Origin: an uncultured delta proteobacterium
GTDB lineage: Bacteria > Desulfobacterota > Syntrophia > Syntrophales > UBA2185
DNA: 64,000 nt
Direction of reading: 5' to 3'
Assembly: GCA_963695875.1 (NCBI GenBank)
Contig: CAVOID010000009.1
Span: 187,568 to 251,567 of the forward strand
Shown here: one piece after another, positions 30,674 through 39,678 of the stretch
How the letters are laid out: each line of letters starts with the position of its first letter
Position numbering within the stretch: position 1 is the stretch's first letter
Notes under the pieces: model-generated
Database searches by the model: none
Told to the model about the DNA's origin: nothing
Seen by the model: the letters and a program-made list of their open reading frames with translations, nothing else
Program-made: the position numbers and the translations under genes

Positions 30674-31126
30674 TCATACCCACGTTTGGTTTGCTGACGA
30701 AATTTGAATATTATAAGAAATCAAATCCAGCCACTTTTCTATATAGATTCCACCGCAAAAGATCAGGTCATCGACCTTCTCAAAGTATACACGCTTGGGT
30801 TTTGTCTCTTTGGTTACAGGGTTATACCATTTATACTCTACAGTCCCGCTGCCTTTCTCCTCGGCTGAACCGATGATATCCCTGATAAAACTCTTGCCAT
30901 CAGAATCCTTGATGTCGTTGAAGTTCTTTCCTATATATTTTTCATTGACTCCATGAGCCATCATGGTTCCTTTCAGATCCAGCACGAAGACATACATTTC
31001 GTCCTGAACAAAAGGTCCTTTAGGATTTGTGAACTCGGCCAGAGCAATATCTCTGCCGGAATTCTTGTAAAAACTTATTGTCTTGGACACAAACTCTTTC
31101 GCTTCTTTCTTTGATTTTTCCAACAT
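30674..31126 (-). CDS. Single Cache (sCache_2-like) domain protein without signal peptide
   Basis: YVFVLD..G.M.AH...GKN...KDSDGK.FI...G.G.VEYKW.NP...K..Y. Confidence 0.85.
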   Translation of the reverse strand: MLEKSKKEAKEFVSKTISFYKNSGRDIALAEFTNPKGPFVQDEMYVFVLDLKGTMMAHGVNEKYIGKNFNDIKDSDGKSFIRDIIGSAEEKGSGTVEYKWYNPVTKETKPKRVYFEKVDDLIFCGGIYIEKWLDLISYNIQISSANQTWV

Positions 31127-31224
31127 ATTTTCCTCCTAATTTTATTGGCCGATACCGGGTTAATTTGATTATCAGCCAAGCTATAGATTTAAATCCAGTA
31201 ATTGAAACTACATCTCAGTTACAC

Positions 31225-31599
31225 TTATTCAGACACCACAAATCCCACTTCTCTCATCAGGTCTTTTACTGTCATTAGATATTTTGCAAGAATCTGCATT
31301 TCAAGGAGACCCGATGAAAGTCTCTTTTCAATCATATTCTTCGGGACAGGCGGTTCACCCAAATACATCTTGAGGTCCTTTAAGGCTTCTTCCTTTGTCT
31401 TCTCAGACATATAAATCACGTTAAATTCTCTAATTAATTCAACTGGTGACCTGCCGTATTTCACAAGCGCCTGTTGCTCGAAAAGACCGGACGAACGGTA
31501 AGAACGCCTAATATGTTCGACATCGTAGGGCGGTTTGCCGTAATACATCTTAAGGTCCTTTAAGGCTTCTTCTTTCATTTTTGCCGATAATACTTTCAT
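31225..31599 (-). CDS. Hypothetical protein made of two tandem ~60 aa repeats
   Basis: KEEALKDLKMY.G.PP and SSGL.E.Q.L.KY...L.RE each occur twice; RBS GGAGG. Confidence 0.7.
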   Translation of the reverse strand: MKVLSAKMKEEALKDLKMYYGKPPYDVEHIRRSYRSSGLFEQQALVKYGRSPVELIREFNVIYMSEKTKEEALKDLKMYLGEPPVPKNMIEKRLSSGLLEMQILAKYLMTVKDLMREVGFVVSE

Positions 31600-31656
31600 C
31601 TATTGCCTCCAATTAATTTTTAATAATTCCTTCCGCTAGTATGACGTCTGACTTGT

Positions 31657-31935
31657 TCATTTCTCTCCCAACCACACTGAATGAGAAATCAGGCCGAACT
31701 CTCTAAGCACATGAGCCAGGCATAGACCGGTGGCGCTTCCCTGAGGCTCGGCTTTGCCTGATTGCCAATACAGGTGGACAGAGAGGTCGTTATTCACCAC
31801 GGCATTGTGGTAGAGCCTTATATCTTTCATGTTGCCGTTATTGCCGAACTCCTTTATCAGCTTCTCAATTTCCTGTTCCACTAGTTCCGGGGTTTTTTCA
31901 GCAATGCGAAGTTTTATAACTTCCATCCACTCCAT
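31657..31935 (-). CDS. Hypothetical protein, first gene of a sigma54-dependent unit
   Basis: RBS GGAGG; 92 aa ending LREFGLISHSVW. Confidence 0.7.
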   Translation of the reverse strand: MEWMEVIKLRIAEKTPELVEQEIEKLIKEFGNNGNMKDIRLYHNAVVNNDLSVHLYWQSGKAEPQGSATGLCLAHVLREFGLISHSVWLGEK

Positions 31936-31971
31936 CTCTTTGACCTCCGACCTGATTTTGTAATATACTTC

Positions 31972-31987
31972 AGCATACTACGTGCCA
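31972..31987 (-). promoter_or_regulatory. Sigma54 -24/-12 promoter
   Basis: TGGCACGTAGTATGCT (GG-N10-GC), divergent from an enhancer-binding protein gene. Confidence 0.75.
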
Positions 31988-32038
31988 ATATTTAACTTAA
32001 ATGATATCAGCTATTTATAAAATGATGCTCCCGCAAAC

Positions 32039-32093
32039 TGCGAGTATTCGCAATAATGCTTGTGCTATTTCGCAATTGGGTGTTAAATTGCGA
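32039..32093. promoter_or_regulatory. Candidate upstream activator sites
   Basis: TGCGA-gtat-TCGCA and perfect TCGCAATT-N8-AATTGCGA inverted repeats. Confidence 0.5.
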
Positions 32094-32129
32094 CATACAA
32101 CAACACGAGAACCATCACTGGGGGAGACC

Positions 32130-33662
32130 ATGAGTATAGATGAAAGTGAATTTTTTCATCAGATGACCATATTGATATGCAGCAGTCTTGACATTGAGAC
32201 TGCCTTAAAGCGCTCACTAAATTATTTAGTAAAATTCATGCCCGTGGATAAGATCTACCTGCACCTGTATGAACAGAGCCTTGGCGCGATAAAGACAATA
32301 GCTGAGGTGACTACATCGGGCAGCAGAAGCCTGGAGAAGATAATACCGCTGTCTCAAGAAGGGAGGGCGAGTTTTGAAAGGCCCGGTGTACCGAATGTAA
32401 GGATCGTCAATCGTCCTGAAGCCGATCCTGTCATCAAGAAAATCGCCGAATCTTTCAAACTGCTGAACACTTCGTCTTTGGTGATGCGCCTCGTAATTGA
32501 AGGCAAGCGACTAGGTTCATTAGTTTTGACGGCTGAGGGATGGGATAGATACTCGGAAAAACACGCCCGGCTGTTCTCTCTCTTAAACGAGCCTTTCGCA
32601 ATCGCTCTGTCCAACGCGCTTACGCATCAGGAAGTTCTCAGGCTGAAAGATATGCTGACGGACGATAACCGGTATCTCCATCAGGAATTGCTGCGCCTGT
32701 CCGGAGATGAGATCATCGGCAGTGAGTTCGGATTGAAAGATGTTATGGAGATGGTCCGGAAAGTAGCGCCTCTCGACAGCCCTGTGCTTCTCTTGGGTGA
32801 AACCGGTGTCGGTAAAGGAGTCATAGCCGGCGCCATCCACTATTTATCTCCTCGAAGGAAAGGTCCCTTCATCACGGTCAATAGCGGCGCCATTCCGGAA
32901 ACCCTCATAGACAGCGAGCTTTTCGGTCACGAGAAAGGGGCCTTTACCGGGGCTATAGAGCAAAAGCGCGGGCGCTTCGAGCGTGCGAATCAGGGAACGA
33001 TTTTTCTTGATGAGATCGGAGAACTACCGGCTCACGCCCAGATTAGAATGCTGCGCGTATTGCAGGAAAAAGAAATCGAGAGGGTAGGAGGAACAAGGCC
33101 TATACCGGTTGATATAAGGACTATTGCCGCTACCCACCGTAATCTGCACGATATGGTAAAGGAAAAACAATTCCGTGAGGACCTGTGGTTTCGGATCAAC
33201 GTCTTTCCTATCAGGGTACCGCCGCTTCGGGAAAGAAAAGAGGATATTCCTTCATTAGTTTACTACTTTATCAACAAGAAATCGAAGCAGTTAAAGCTGC
33301 CAGCGGCCCCGGAATTATCACCGGGCGCAATGGAACGACTTTTAAATTACAATTGGCCGGGAAATGTCCGGGAGCTGGAAAATGTTGTGGAGCGGGAATT
33401 AATCTTAAACAAAGGGGAACCTCCGACTTTCATGGTCCTGGTTGGGATAGATAAGACAAATTATGCCACGGCTTCCATCGATCTGCCGGACAAAGCACTC
33501 ACCCTTGACAAAGTTAATGCCCTCCACATTCAGCGGGTTCTGAAAATGTCAAAGGGAATTGTACACGGCCCTGACGGGGCAGCTGCTCTGCTGGGAGTAA
33601 ACCCGAGCACATTAAGAAGCAAAATGAAAAAACTTGGGATCCCATACGGAAGAAGAAAATGA
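32130..33662 (+). CDS. Sigma54-dependent enhancer-binding protein (GAF-AAA-HTH, FhlA-like)
   Basis: GETGVGKG, ELFGHEKGAFTGA, FLDEIGE, WPGNVRELEN, C-terminal GAAALLGVNPSTLR. Confidence 0.93.
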   Translation: MSIDESEFFHQMTILICSSLDIETALKRSLNYLVKFMPVDKIYLHLYEQSLGAIKTIAEVTTSGSRSLEKIIPLSQEGRASFERPGVPNVRIVNRPEADPVIKKIAESFKLLNTSSLVMRLVIEGKRLGSLVLTAEGWDRYSEKHARLFSLLNEPFAIALSNALTHQEVLRLKDMLTDDNRYLHQELLRLSGDEIIGSEFGLKDVMEMVRKVAPLDSPVLLLGETGVGKGVIAGAIHYLSPRRKGPFITVNSGAIPETLIDSELFGHEKGAFTGAIEQKRGRFERANQGTIFLDEIGELPAHAQIRMLRVLQEKEIERVGGTRPIPVDIRTIAATHRNLHDMVKEKQFREDLWFRINVFPIRVPPLRERKEDIPSLVYYFINKKSKQLKLPAAPELSPGAMERLLNYNWPGNVRELENVVERELILNKGEPPTFMVLVGIDKTNYATASIDLPDKALTLDKVNALHIQRVLKMSKGIVHGPDGAAALLGVNPSTLRSKMKKLGIPYGRRK

Positions 33663-33730
33663 ATATCAAAGATGCACTTCTCAGCAGACGACTGAACATG
33701 GGATAAGAAATATCCGAAAGATCAGCCGTT

Positions 33731-34468
33731 TCATATAAGAATCATTTTATATCCCGCAATGACGAGCACAATAGAGAGTGCTCTCTGTATGACCAAAAGA
33801 GGAAGTCGCCTGCTGCCAAGATATGAACCTGCCAAGCCGCCGGTGACAGCCGCAATAGCTATGATCAGTGCCGTGGGCGGAATATTCTGAGCGGCACTCA
33901 TGTGACCCAGAAGCCCCGAAGAGGAGTTTACCAGAACAAAGAATGCCGAAACTGCCGCAGTCTCCTTGATCCCGGCCCACCCCATAAGGATTAAGAGAGG
34001 ACTTAAAAATATGCCGCCTCCCACACCTATAAGACCGGATGTCAAACCTATTGCCGCACCCGCGAATAGAGAAACGGAAAGCGAGGGGTGATTGATCTCA
34101 TCTTTTTGCAGGGGAGCCCGGATAAGCAGGCGCATGGCGGAAAACAACAGTGTTATCCCGACAGCCAATCTATAAACTTCAACTGGTAAGACAAATGATC
34201 CGCCAATGTATGCGAAAGGAACTGACATACATGCGAAAGGCCAAAAAAGAGACCATCGAAAATACCCGGCCCTGTAAAATTGAAAGGCCGCTATAGATGA
34301 AACCAGAATATTCAGTACCAGGGCTGTCGGTTTTGCGACCCCGGGCATAAGTCCGAAAAGCATCATAACGGCAATATAGCCGGAGGCCCCTCCGTGACCG
34401 ACGCAGGAGTATAAAAGAGCAACTAACGCAATGCATACCGCCAAAGTACTGAGAAGAAGAGGATCCAT
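33731..34468 (-). CDS. Sulfite exporter TauE/SafE family protein
   Basis: VGHGGASGY and GLIGVGGGIFLSP motifs; hydrophobic. Confidence 0.9.
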   Translation of the reverse strand: MDPLLLSTLAVCIALVALLYSCVGHGGASGYIAVMMLFGLMPGVAKPTALVLNILVSSIAAFQFYRAGYFRWSLFWPFACMSVPFAYIGGSFVLPVEVYRLAVGITLLFSAMRLLIRAPLQKDEINHPSLSVSLFAGAAIGLTSGLIGVGGGIFLSPLLILMGWAGIKETAAVSAFFVLVNSSSGLLGHMSAAQNIPPTALIIAIAAVTGGLAGSYLGSRRLPLLVIQRALSIVLVIAGYKMILI

Positions 34469-34521
34469 AGGAATTACCAGTTTCAAACGAGGACTTCGTT
34501 TATCTTTCCCCGGAGAATTAT

Positions 34522-35115
34522 CTATCTGCACCTTTCAAGTATTTTCTGATATTCCTCCGGTGTATCCATGTCCAGCACGACACCTTCATCAGCAACATGG
34601 AAAAATAATATTTTATCCTTGTGGCTGCTGATGACGTCGCGTAATGTAGAATGCTGTTTTACTTCCTCCAGAATAAAACGGGGGAAAAGCGTCGGATGTC
34701 CCCGTTGCCCCTGAAACGTCGGGATGATAATTAAATCAGGCCTTGCATCGTGCTCTCTACCCATGGCACCGAGTGTCGTCGAAGTCACCAGGGGATAGTC
34801 GCATAAACAAATGAAGATACCTGTTGAAGCGCCGTCAATGGCACTCAAGCCCACCCTTATGGATGCGGCCATGTCGCTTTCCGGCACATCATTTACTGCG
34901 ATGTTGACTGGATACTCTTTCAGCACTCTCACTATCTCATTGCCCTCCGGATTGACTACCACGACTATGTTATCGACTCCTGAATCTCTGATGCTTTCTG
35001 TGCATCGGACGATGGCAGGACGATTATCAACCGGAAGAAGCTGTTTAACTGTTCCCATCCGCAATGACCGCCCCGCGGCCAGGAGAATCGCTGACAGTTT
35101 TGTTCCCACCACCAC
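34522..35115 (-). CDS. mocA: Molybdenum cofactor cytidylyltransferase-like nucleotidyltransferase
   Basis: ILLAAGRSLRMG..KQLL, CDYP, GHPTLF, DMDTPEEY; within a Mo-hydroxylase cluster. Confidence 0.82.
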   Translation of the reverse strand: MVVGTKLSAILLAAGRSLRMGTVKQLLPVDNRPAIVRCTESIRDSGVDNIVVVVNPEGNEIVRVLKEYPVNIAVNDVPESDMAASIRVGLSAIDGASTGIFICLCDYPLVTSTTLGAMGREHDARPDLIIIPTFQGQRGHPTLFPRFILEEVKQHSTLRDVISSHKDKILFFHVADEGVVLDMDTPEEYQKILERCR

Positions 35116-35872
35116 TCCTTTTCTGAATAAGCTGGGATACTATACTTATGGCAATTTCCTCAGGCCCCTCTGCACCAATGGCAAGACCGACAGGAATAGT
35201 CAATCGAGCCATATCATCCTTTGAGAATCCTTCCTCCTCGAGAGTTTTCATCAGTACTTCCCGCTTTCGCTTGCTGCCGATTATACCAATGTAACCGGCA
35301 GGGGTTTTAAGAGCCGTGCGCACGGCTGCAAAGTCGCTTTCATAGCTCGGCGTTGCTATGACAATGTAAGTATCCGCATTGACGTGTAGCGCGGAGAGAA
35401 CCTTCTCGCTTTCCCCGATAAGAATTTCATCGGCATTCAGTATGTGATCACCTGTGGCGTATTCGGCGCGTTCATCAGACACTATCACCCTGAAACCCAC
35501 GAATTTCGCGGCCCTTGCTAAAGCATGCCCCACGTGACCTGCGCCAAAGATAAGAAGACGAGGCATCATACCGAGAGGTTCAATATAGATAAGGAGCTTC
35601 CCCCCGCATACATGACCGTATTTCTCGGTGAGAGTCAAAGAAAGAGTCTTCGGTTTGCCCTGACTAATAGCTGCAAGAGCGGCATCGATTACTTCCAACT
35701 CGACCGCGCCTCCGCCGACGGTTCCTATGATTGACCGGTCGCTCCTCACCAGCATCTTCGCTCCCGATTTTCGCGGCGCGGAACCGTTGTTCTCTACCAC
35801 CGTTGCGAGGGCGAACGGGACATTTTTTTTCGACAGCCGCACAACTTCCTCGAATATGGCAAGATCGTTCAT
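35045..35872 (-). CDS. xdhC: XdhC/CoxI family molybdoenzyme maturation factor
   Basis: GSAPRKSGAKM, GTVGGG, CGG, FGAGHVG, YIGIIGSKRK, PVGLAIGA..PEEIAISI. Confidence 0.9.
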   Translation of the reverse strand: MNDLAIFEEVVRLSKKNVPFALATVVENNGSAPRKSGAKMLVRSDRSIIGTVGGGAVELEVIDAALAAISQGKPKTLSLTLTEKYGHVCGGKLLIYIEPLGMMPRLLIFGAGHVGHALARAAKFVGFRVIVSDERAEYATGDHILNADEILIGESEKVLSALHVNADTYIVIATPSYESDFAAVRTALKTPAGYIGIIGSKRKREVLMKTLEEEGFSKDDMARLTIPVGLAIGAEGPEEIAISIVSQLIQKRSGGGNKTVSDSPGRGAVIADGNS

Positions 35873-35919
35873 CTGAATTTCTCCGATAATACCATGCACT
35901 TCCTTTCGACGCAGATTAC

Positions 35920-38085
35920 TCAAGCTTTCTTCAACTCCTCAGGACGGATCGGCAGAGTTCGGATCCGCTTTCCCGTGGCGGCAAAAACGGCATTAGCCAC
36001 TGCCGGAGCGATGGGCGGCACACCCGGTTCTCCCACACCACCGAGAGGTTTCACACTCGGCACAATATAAACTTCCACTTTGGGCATGTCGCTCATGCGA
36101 AGCATCGGGTAATTGTGGAAGTTGCTCTGCTCCACCCGGCCGTTTTTCAGGGTGATCGCGCCATAGAGTGCGGCGGTCAGGCCAAAGACGATGCCTCCCT
36201 CCATCTGGGCGGCGACGGTATCGGGGTTGACTACCCTGCCGCAGTCAATGGCACAGACTACCCGGTGTACATGGACCTTGCCGTCATTGGACACGGATAC
36301 TTCAGCGACCTGGGCGATGAAGCTCCCGAAGGATTCATGCACGGCAATACCTCTTGCCCGGCCTGCTGGTAATGTAGTACCCCAGCCGGCCTTTTGCGCA
36401 GCCAGCTCCAGTGCGCCTTTATGCCGGGGATGTTTCGAAAGCAGTTTGCGGCGGAATTCATAGGGGTCCTTTTTCGCCGCATGGGCCAGTTCGTCAATAA
36501 AGCTTTCTACTACAAATGCAGTGTGGGAATGACCCACCGAGCGCCACCACTGCACCGGAACCACATTCTTCGGGCTGTGCAGGTCCACGAGGATATTCGG
36601 GATTTCGTAGGGAATATCTTCCGCCCCTTCGACTGATGTGGCATCAATGCCGTCTTTTATCATGGCCTTGAATTGCGTTCCTTCGAGAATCGATTGCCCC
36701 ACAATCGTGTGCTGCCAGGCGATGGGATTCCCCTTGACATCAAGTGCTCCGCTGATCCGGTCATACCACATGGGACGGTAGTAACCCCCTCTGATGTCGT
36801 CTTCACGAGTCCAGACGACCTTAACAGGTTTCTTCACCGCTTTCGCCACATGGGCCGCCTCCGTAACAAAATCCGAATAGGGATTGGCGCGGCGCCCGAA
36901 ACCACCGCCCAGAAGAGTGGTATGTAATTTAACCTGGTCGGGATTGAAGCCGAGGACTTGCGCCGCGGCATTCCGGTCGGCGGTCTGTGACTGGGTACCA
37001 GTCCAGATCTCACAACCATCAGCACGATAATCAACAAGGCAGTTCAAAGGCTCCATCAAGGCATGGGAGAGATAAGGTACTTCATACTCGGCACTGATGC
37101 GCTTTGCTGCGCCCCGGAATGCCTGATCCGGACTGTCTTCTTTCCTGGCGACTTTCCCCTGGGTTTTGGCCAGACTCTTATACTGTTCCCGCAAACCCGC
37201 TGTAGAGAGCTTCGCGCCCTCTCCTTCATCCCAGACAATGTCCAGAAGATCACGCCCCTTTTTTGCCGGCCAGAAGCCATCGGCAATGACAGCCACTCCC
37301 GTCGGCACCTGCAGCACGTCCTGAACACCGGGTACGGCTTTGGTCTTATCGTCCTTGACACTTACGACCTTACCGCCGAAAACCGGGGACCGTGCAACCA
37401 GGGCCGTCAGCATACCCGGAACCTGGACGTCAATTCCGAAAATCGCCTTCCCGTCGGTCTTTTCCGGTGTGTCCAGACGCTTTCTCGGCTTGCCGATAAT
37501 TTTGAAACTGGACGGGTCTTTCAGCGTCACAGCCTTGGGTACAGGCATGTCTGCGGCCTTCCTGGCGAGCCGGCCGAAGGTCAGTGATTTTCCGCTGGTG
37601 TGGAATATACTGCCATTTTCGGCATGACAGGATGCTTCATCCACCTTCCATGTGGCTGCGGCCGCGGCAATAAGCATTTCCCGGGCGGCTGCTCCAGCCT
37701 TCCGGAAACGCTCCCACTCGCTCCGGACACTGCTGCTGCCACCGGTCCCCTGCATTGGTCCCCACTGAGTATGGTTATAAGCGGGATCGACCGGTGCTGA
37801 CTCTACGCGCACTTTATTCCAGTCGCACTCAAGCTCCTCGGCAACAAGCATCGGCAGGGAAGTATAGACGCCTTGCCCCATTTCAGACTTGTTAACAATT
37901 ATAGTCACCGTATCGTCGGCACCGATCCGGATGAATGCATTAGGTGCAAAGGGCGCTGCCGGCTGAGCATGTGCTTCGCCTGAAAGTCCCGGGGGATGAA
38001 AATGGAAACCAAGGATTAGCCCGCCGCCGAGAGAAATACCCAATTTAAGAAAGTAACGCCGGTTGACTTTGAATATCTCGTTCAT
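35920..38085 (-). CDS. iorB: Xanthine dehydrogenase family molybdopterin subunit (isoquinoline 1-oxidoreductase beta-like), Tat signal
   Basis: NRRYFLK Tat motif; [35 protein letters not shown]. Confidence 0.88.
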   Translation of the reverse strand: MNEIFKVNRRYFLKLGISLGGGLILGFHFHPPGLSGEAHAQPAAPFAPNAFIRIGADDTVTIIVNKSEMGQGVYTSLPMLVAEELECDWNKVRVESAPVDPAYNHTQWGPMQGTGGSSSVRSEWERFRKAGAAAREMLIAAAAATWKVDEASCHAENGSIFHTSGKSLTFGRLARKAADMPVPKAVTLKDPSSFKIIGKPRKRLDTPEKTDGKAIFGIDVQVPGMLTALVARSPVFGGKVVSVKDDKTKAVPGVQDVLQVPTGVAVIADGFWPAKKGRDLLDIVWDEGEGAKLSTAGLREQYKSLAKTQGKVARKEDSPDQAFRGAAKRISAEYEVPYLSHALMEPLNCLVDYRADGCEIWTGTQSQTADRNAAAQVLGFNPDQVKLHTTLLGGGFGRRANPYSDFVTEAAHVAKAVKKPVKVVWTREDDIRGGYYRPMWYDRISGALDVKGNPIAWQHTIVGQSILEGTQFKAMIKDGIDATSVEGAEDIPYEIPNILVDLHSPKNVVPVQWWRSVGHSHTAFVVESFIDELAHAAKKDPYEFRRKLLSKHPRHKGALELAAQKAGWGTTLPAGRARGIAVHESFGSFIAQVAEVSVSNDGKVHVHRVVCAIDCGRVVNPDTVAAQMEGGIVFGLTAALYGAITLKNGRVEQSNFHNYPMLRMSDMPKVEVYIVPSVKPLGGVGEPGVPPIAPAVANAVFAATGKRIRTLPIRPEELKKA

Positions 38086-38582
38086 TTTTCCCCTCCTTCC
38101 GTCTTCATCCCGGCCGCGAGATGAATGGCGTGGCGTATGCGCTGATATGTCCCGCACCGGCAGATATTACCGGACATGGCATCATCAATATCAGCGTCAC
38201 TGGGTCTGCTATTTTTAGTCAATAGGGCCGCGGCCGCCATAATCTGACCGGACTGGCAATAACCGCACTGCGGTACATCCTCGGCTATCCAGGCCTTTTG
38301 CAGCGGATGGGAGCCATCGGGTGAGAGACCTTCAATAGTGAGGATATCTTTTCCGATTACAGCTGCAACGGGGGTCACACATGAACGGGTGGCCTGGCCG
38401 TTTACGAGTACCGTGCAAGCGCCGCAGAGCGCCATCCCACAGCCGTATTTCGTTCCCGTCAATCCGAGCCTCTCCCGCAGTACCCACAGGAGGGGAGTTT
38501 CGGGGACAACATCAACACCGTATTCTTTGCCGTTGACCTTGAGCATAACCGCACCCGCGGTTTGCTGTTTGTCTTCTGCCAT
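38082..38582 (-). CDS. iorA: (2Fe-2S)-binding small subunit
   Basis: [32 protein letters not shown]; its stop overlaps the iorB start (ATGA). Confidence 0.9.
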   Translation of the reverse strand: MAEDKQQTAGAVMLKVNGKEYGVDVVPETPLLWVLRERLGLTGTKYGCGMALCGACTVLVNGQATRSCVTPVAAVIGKDILTIEGLSPDGSHPLQKAWIAEDVPQCGYCQSGQIMAAAALLTKNSRPSDADIDDAMSGNICRCGTYQRIRHAIHLAAGMKTEGGEK

Positions 38583-38821
38583 AACCTTCCTCCTTGTTTT
38601 ATTTCCCGGCCTTACTCAAAAGCGGACACTCTTGACCGCATCATATGCATCCGGACCTCGCTGGGATATGGATATATGCCTGCGATCAGCAGCTCAACTT
38701 TACCCATCACATAATACGGCAACAAAATGGCTGATGCTATTGGCAAATCTCTTATTTTTGATGTTTGAAATCCCTAAGTAACCCTCAGGAAAAGGATTGT
38801 TACGGTGAGCTAAGAGTTAAC

Positions 38822-38846
38822 AAAAAAAGGGGCAATTGCCCCCTTT
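38822..38846 (-). terminator. Rho-independent terminator after the activase gene
   Basis: AAAAAAAGGGGCAATTGCCCCCTTT: stem followed by a T7 tract on the minus strand. Confidence 0.55.
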
Positions 38847-38883
38847 CCCTCTCTTTGATATTCTTGTTTTTACGAATGCCCTT

Positions 38884-39654
38884 TTATTTTAGGCCCGCAG
38901 CCAGCACGGCAGCGCCAATGGCCCCGTTCACCTGCGCATATTCCGAGACCTCGATGGTCATCCCGATCTTTTTCTCAAGGGCCACGACGACGCCGATGTT
39001 CTTTGCCACGCCACCCGTCATCACGACGGGAGGTATAAGCCCCACACGGTTCGCCATGGCCGCTATCCTTGCGGCGATGGACTCGTGGATGCCCGCGATA
39101 ATGTTCTCGCGACTTTCACCCCGTGAAATAAGTGAGATGACCTCCGATTCCGCAAAGACCGTGCAAAGGCTGCTGATGCCGGATGGGTTAACAGCTTTCA
39201 GGGAAAGAGCTCCAAATCCGTCGAGGTCCACTCCCAGGGCTCTTGCCATGACCTCCAGGAAGCGGCCCGTCCCGGCGGCGCACTTGTCATTCATGGCGAA
39301 GTTTTTCACCTTTCCCTTCTCGTCGAGGAGGATGGCTTTGCTGTCCTGCCCGCCTATATCAATGACGGAGCGGATATGGGGATTCAAATAATAGGCGCCT
39401 GTGCCATGACAGATGATCTCCGTCAGGGACTTGTCCATAAACTTAACGCTGCGCCTGCCGTACCCTGTGGATACCACCCGGCTTACGGCTGATCGCTCAA
39501 GACGGATCTCTTCAAGAAGTTCTTCGTAAACCTTCCCGCCTGCTGCTTCAGAATTGTAACCGGTAAAAATTACCCGTGTGCCGAGGATCTTTCCATCGGC
39601 CAGGACAGCAGCCTTAGTGGTAATTGACCCGACATCGATTCCTGCCGTAATCAT
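38884..39654 (-). CDS. Acyl-CoA dehydratase activase (HgdC/HadI family)
   Basis: GIDVGSITTK, STGYGR, DIGGQDSK, MNDKCAAGTGRFLE, SLCTVFAESE. Confidence 0.93.
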   Translation of the reverse strand: MITAGIDVGSITTKAAVLADGKILGTRVIFTGYNSEAAGGKVYEELLEEIRLERSAVSRVVSTGYGRRSVKFMDKSLTEIICHGTGAYYLNPHIRSVIDIGGQDSKAILLDEKGKVKNFAMNDKCAAGTGRFLEVMARALGVDLDGFGALSLKAVNPSGISSLCTVFAESEVISLISRGESRENIIAGIHESIAARIAAMANRVGLIPPVVMTGGVAKNIGVVVALEKKIGMTIEVSEYAQVNGAIGAAVLAAGLK

Positions 39655-39678
39655 TGCTTATTTTCGGCCATGAATTTC

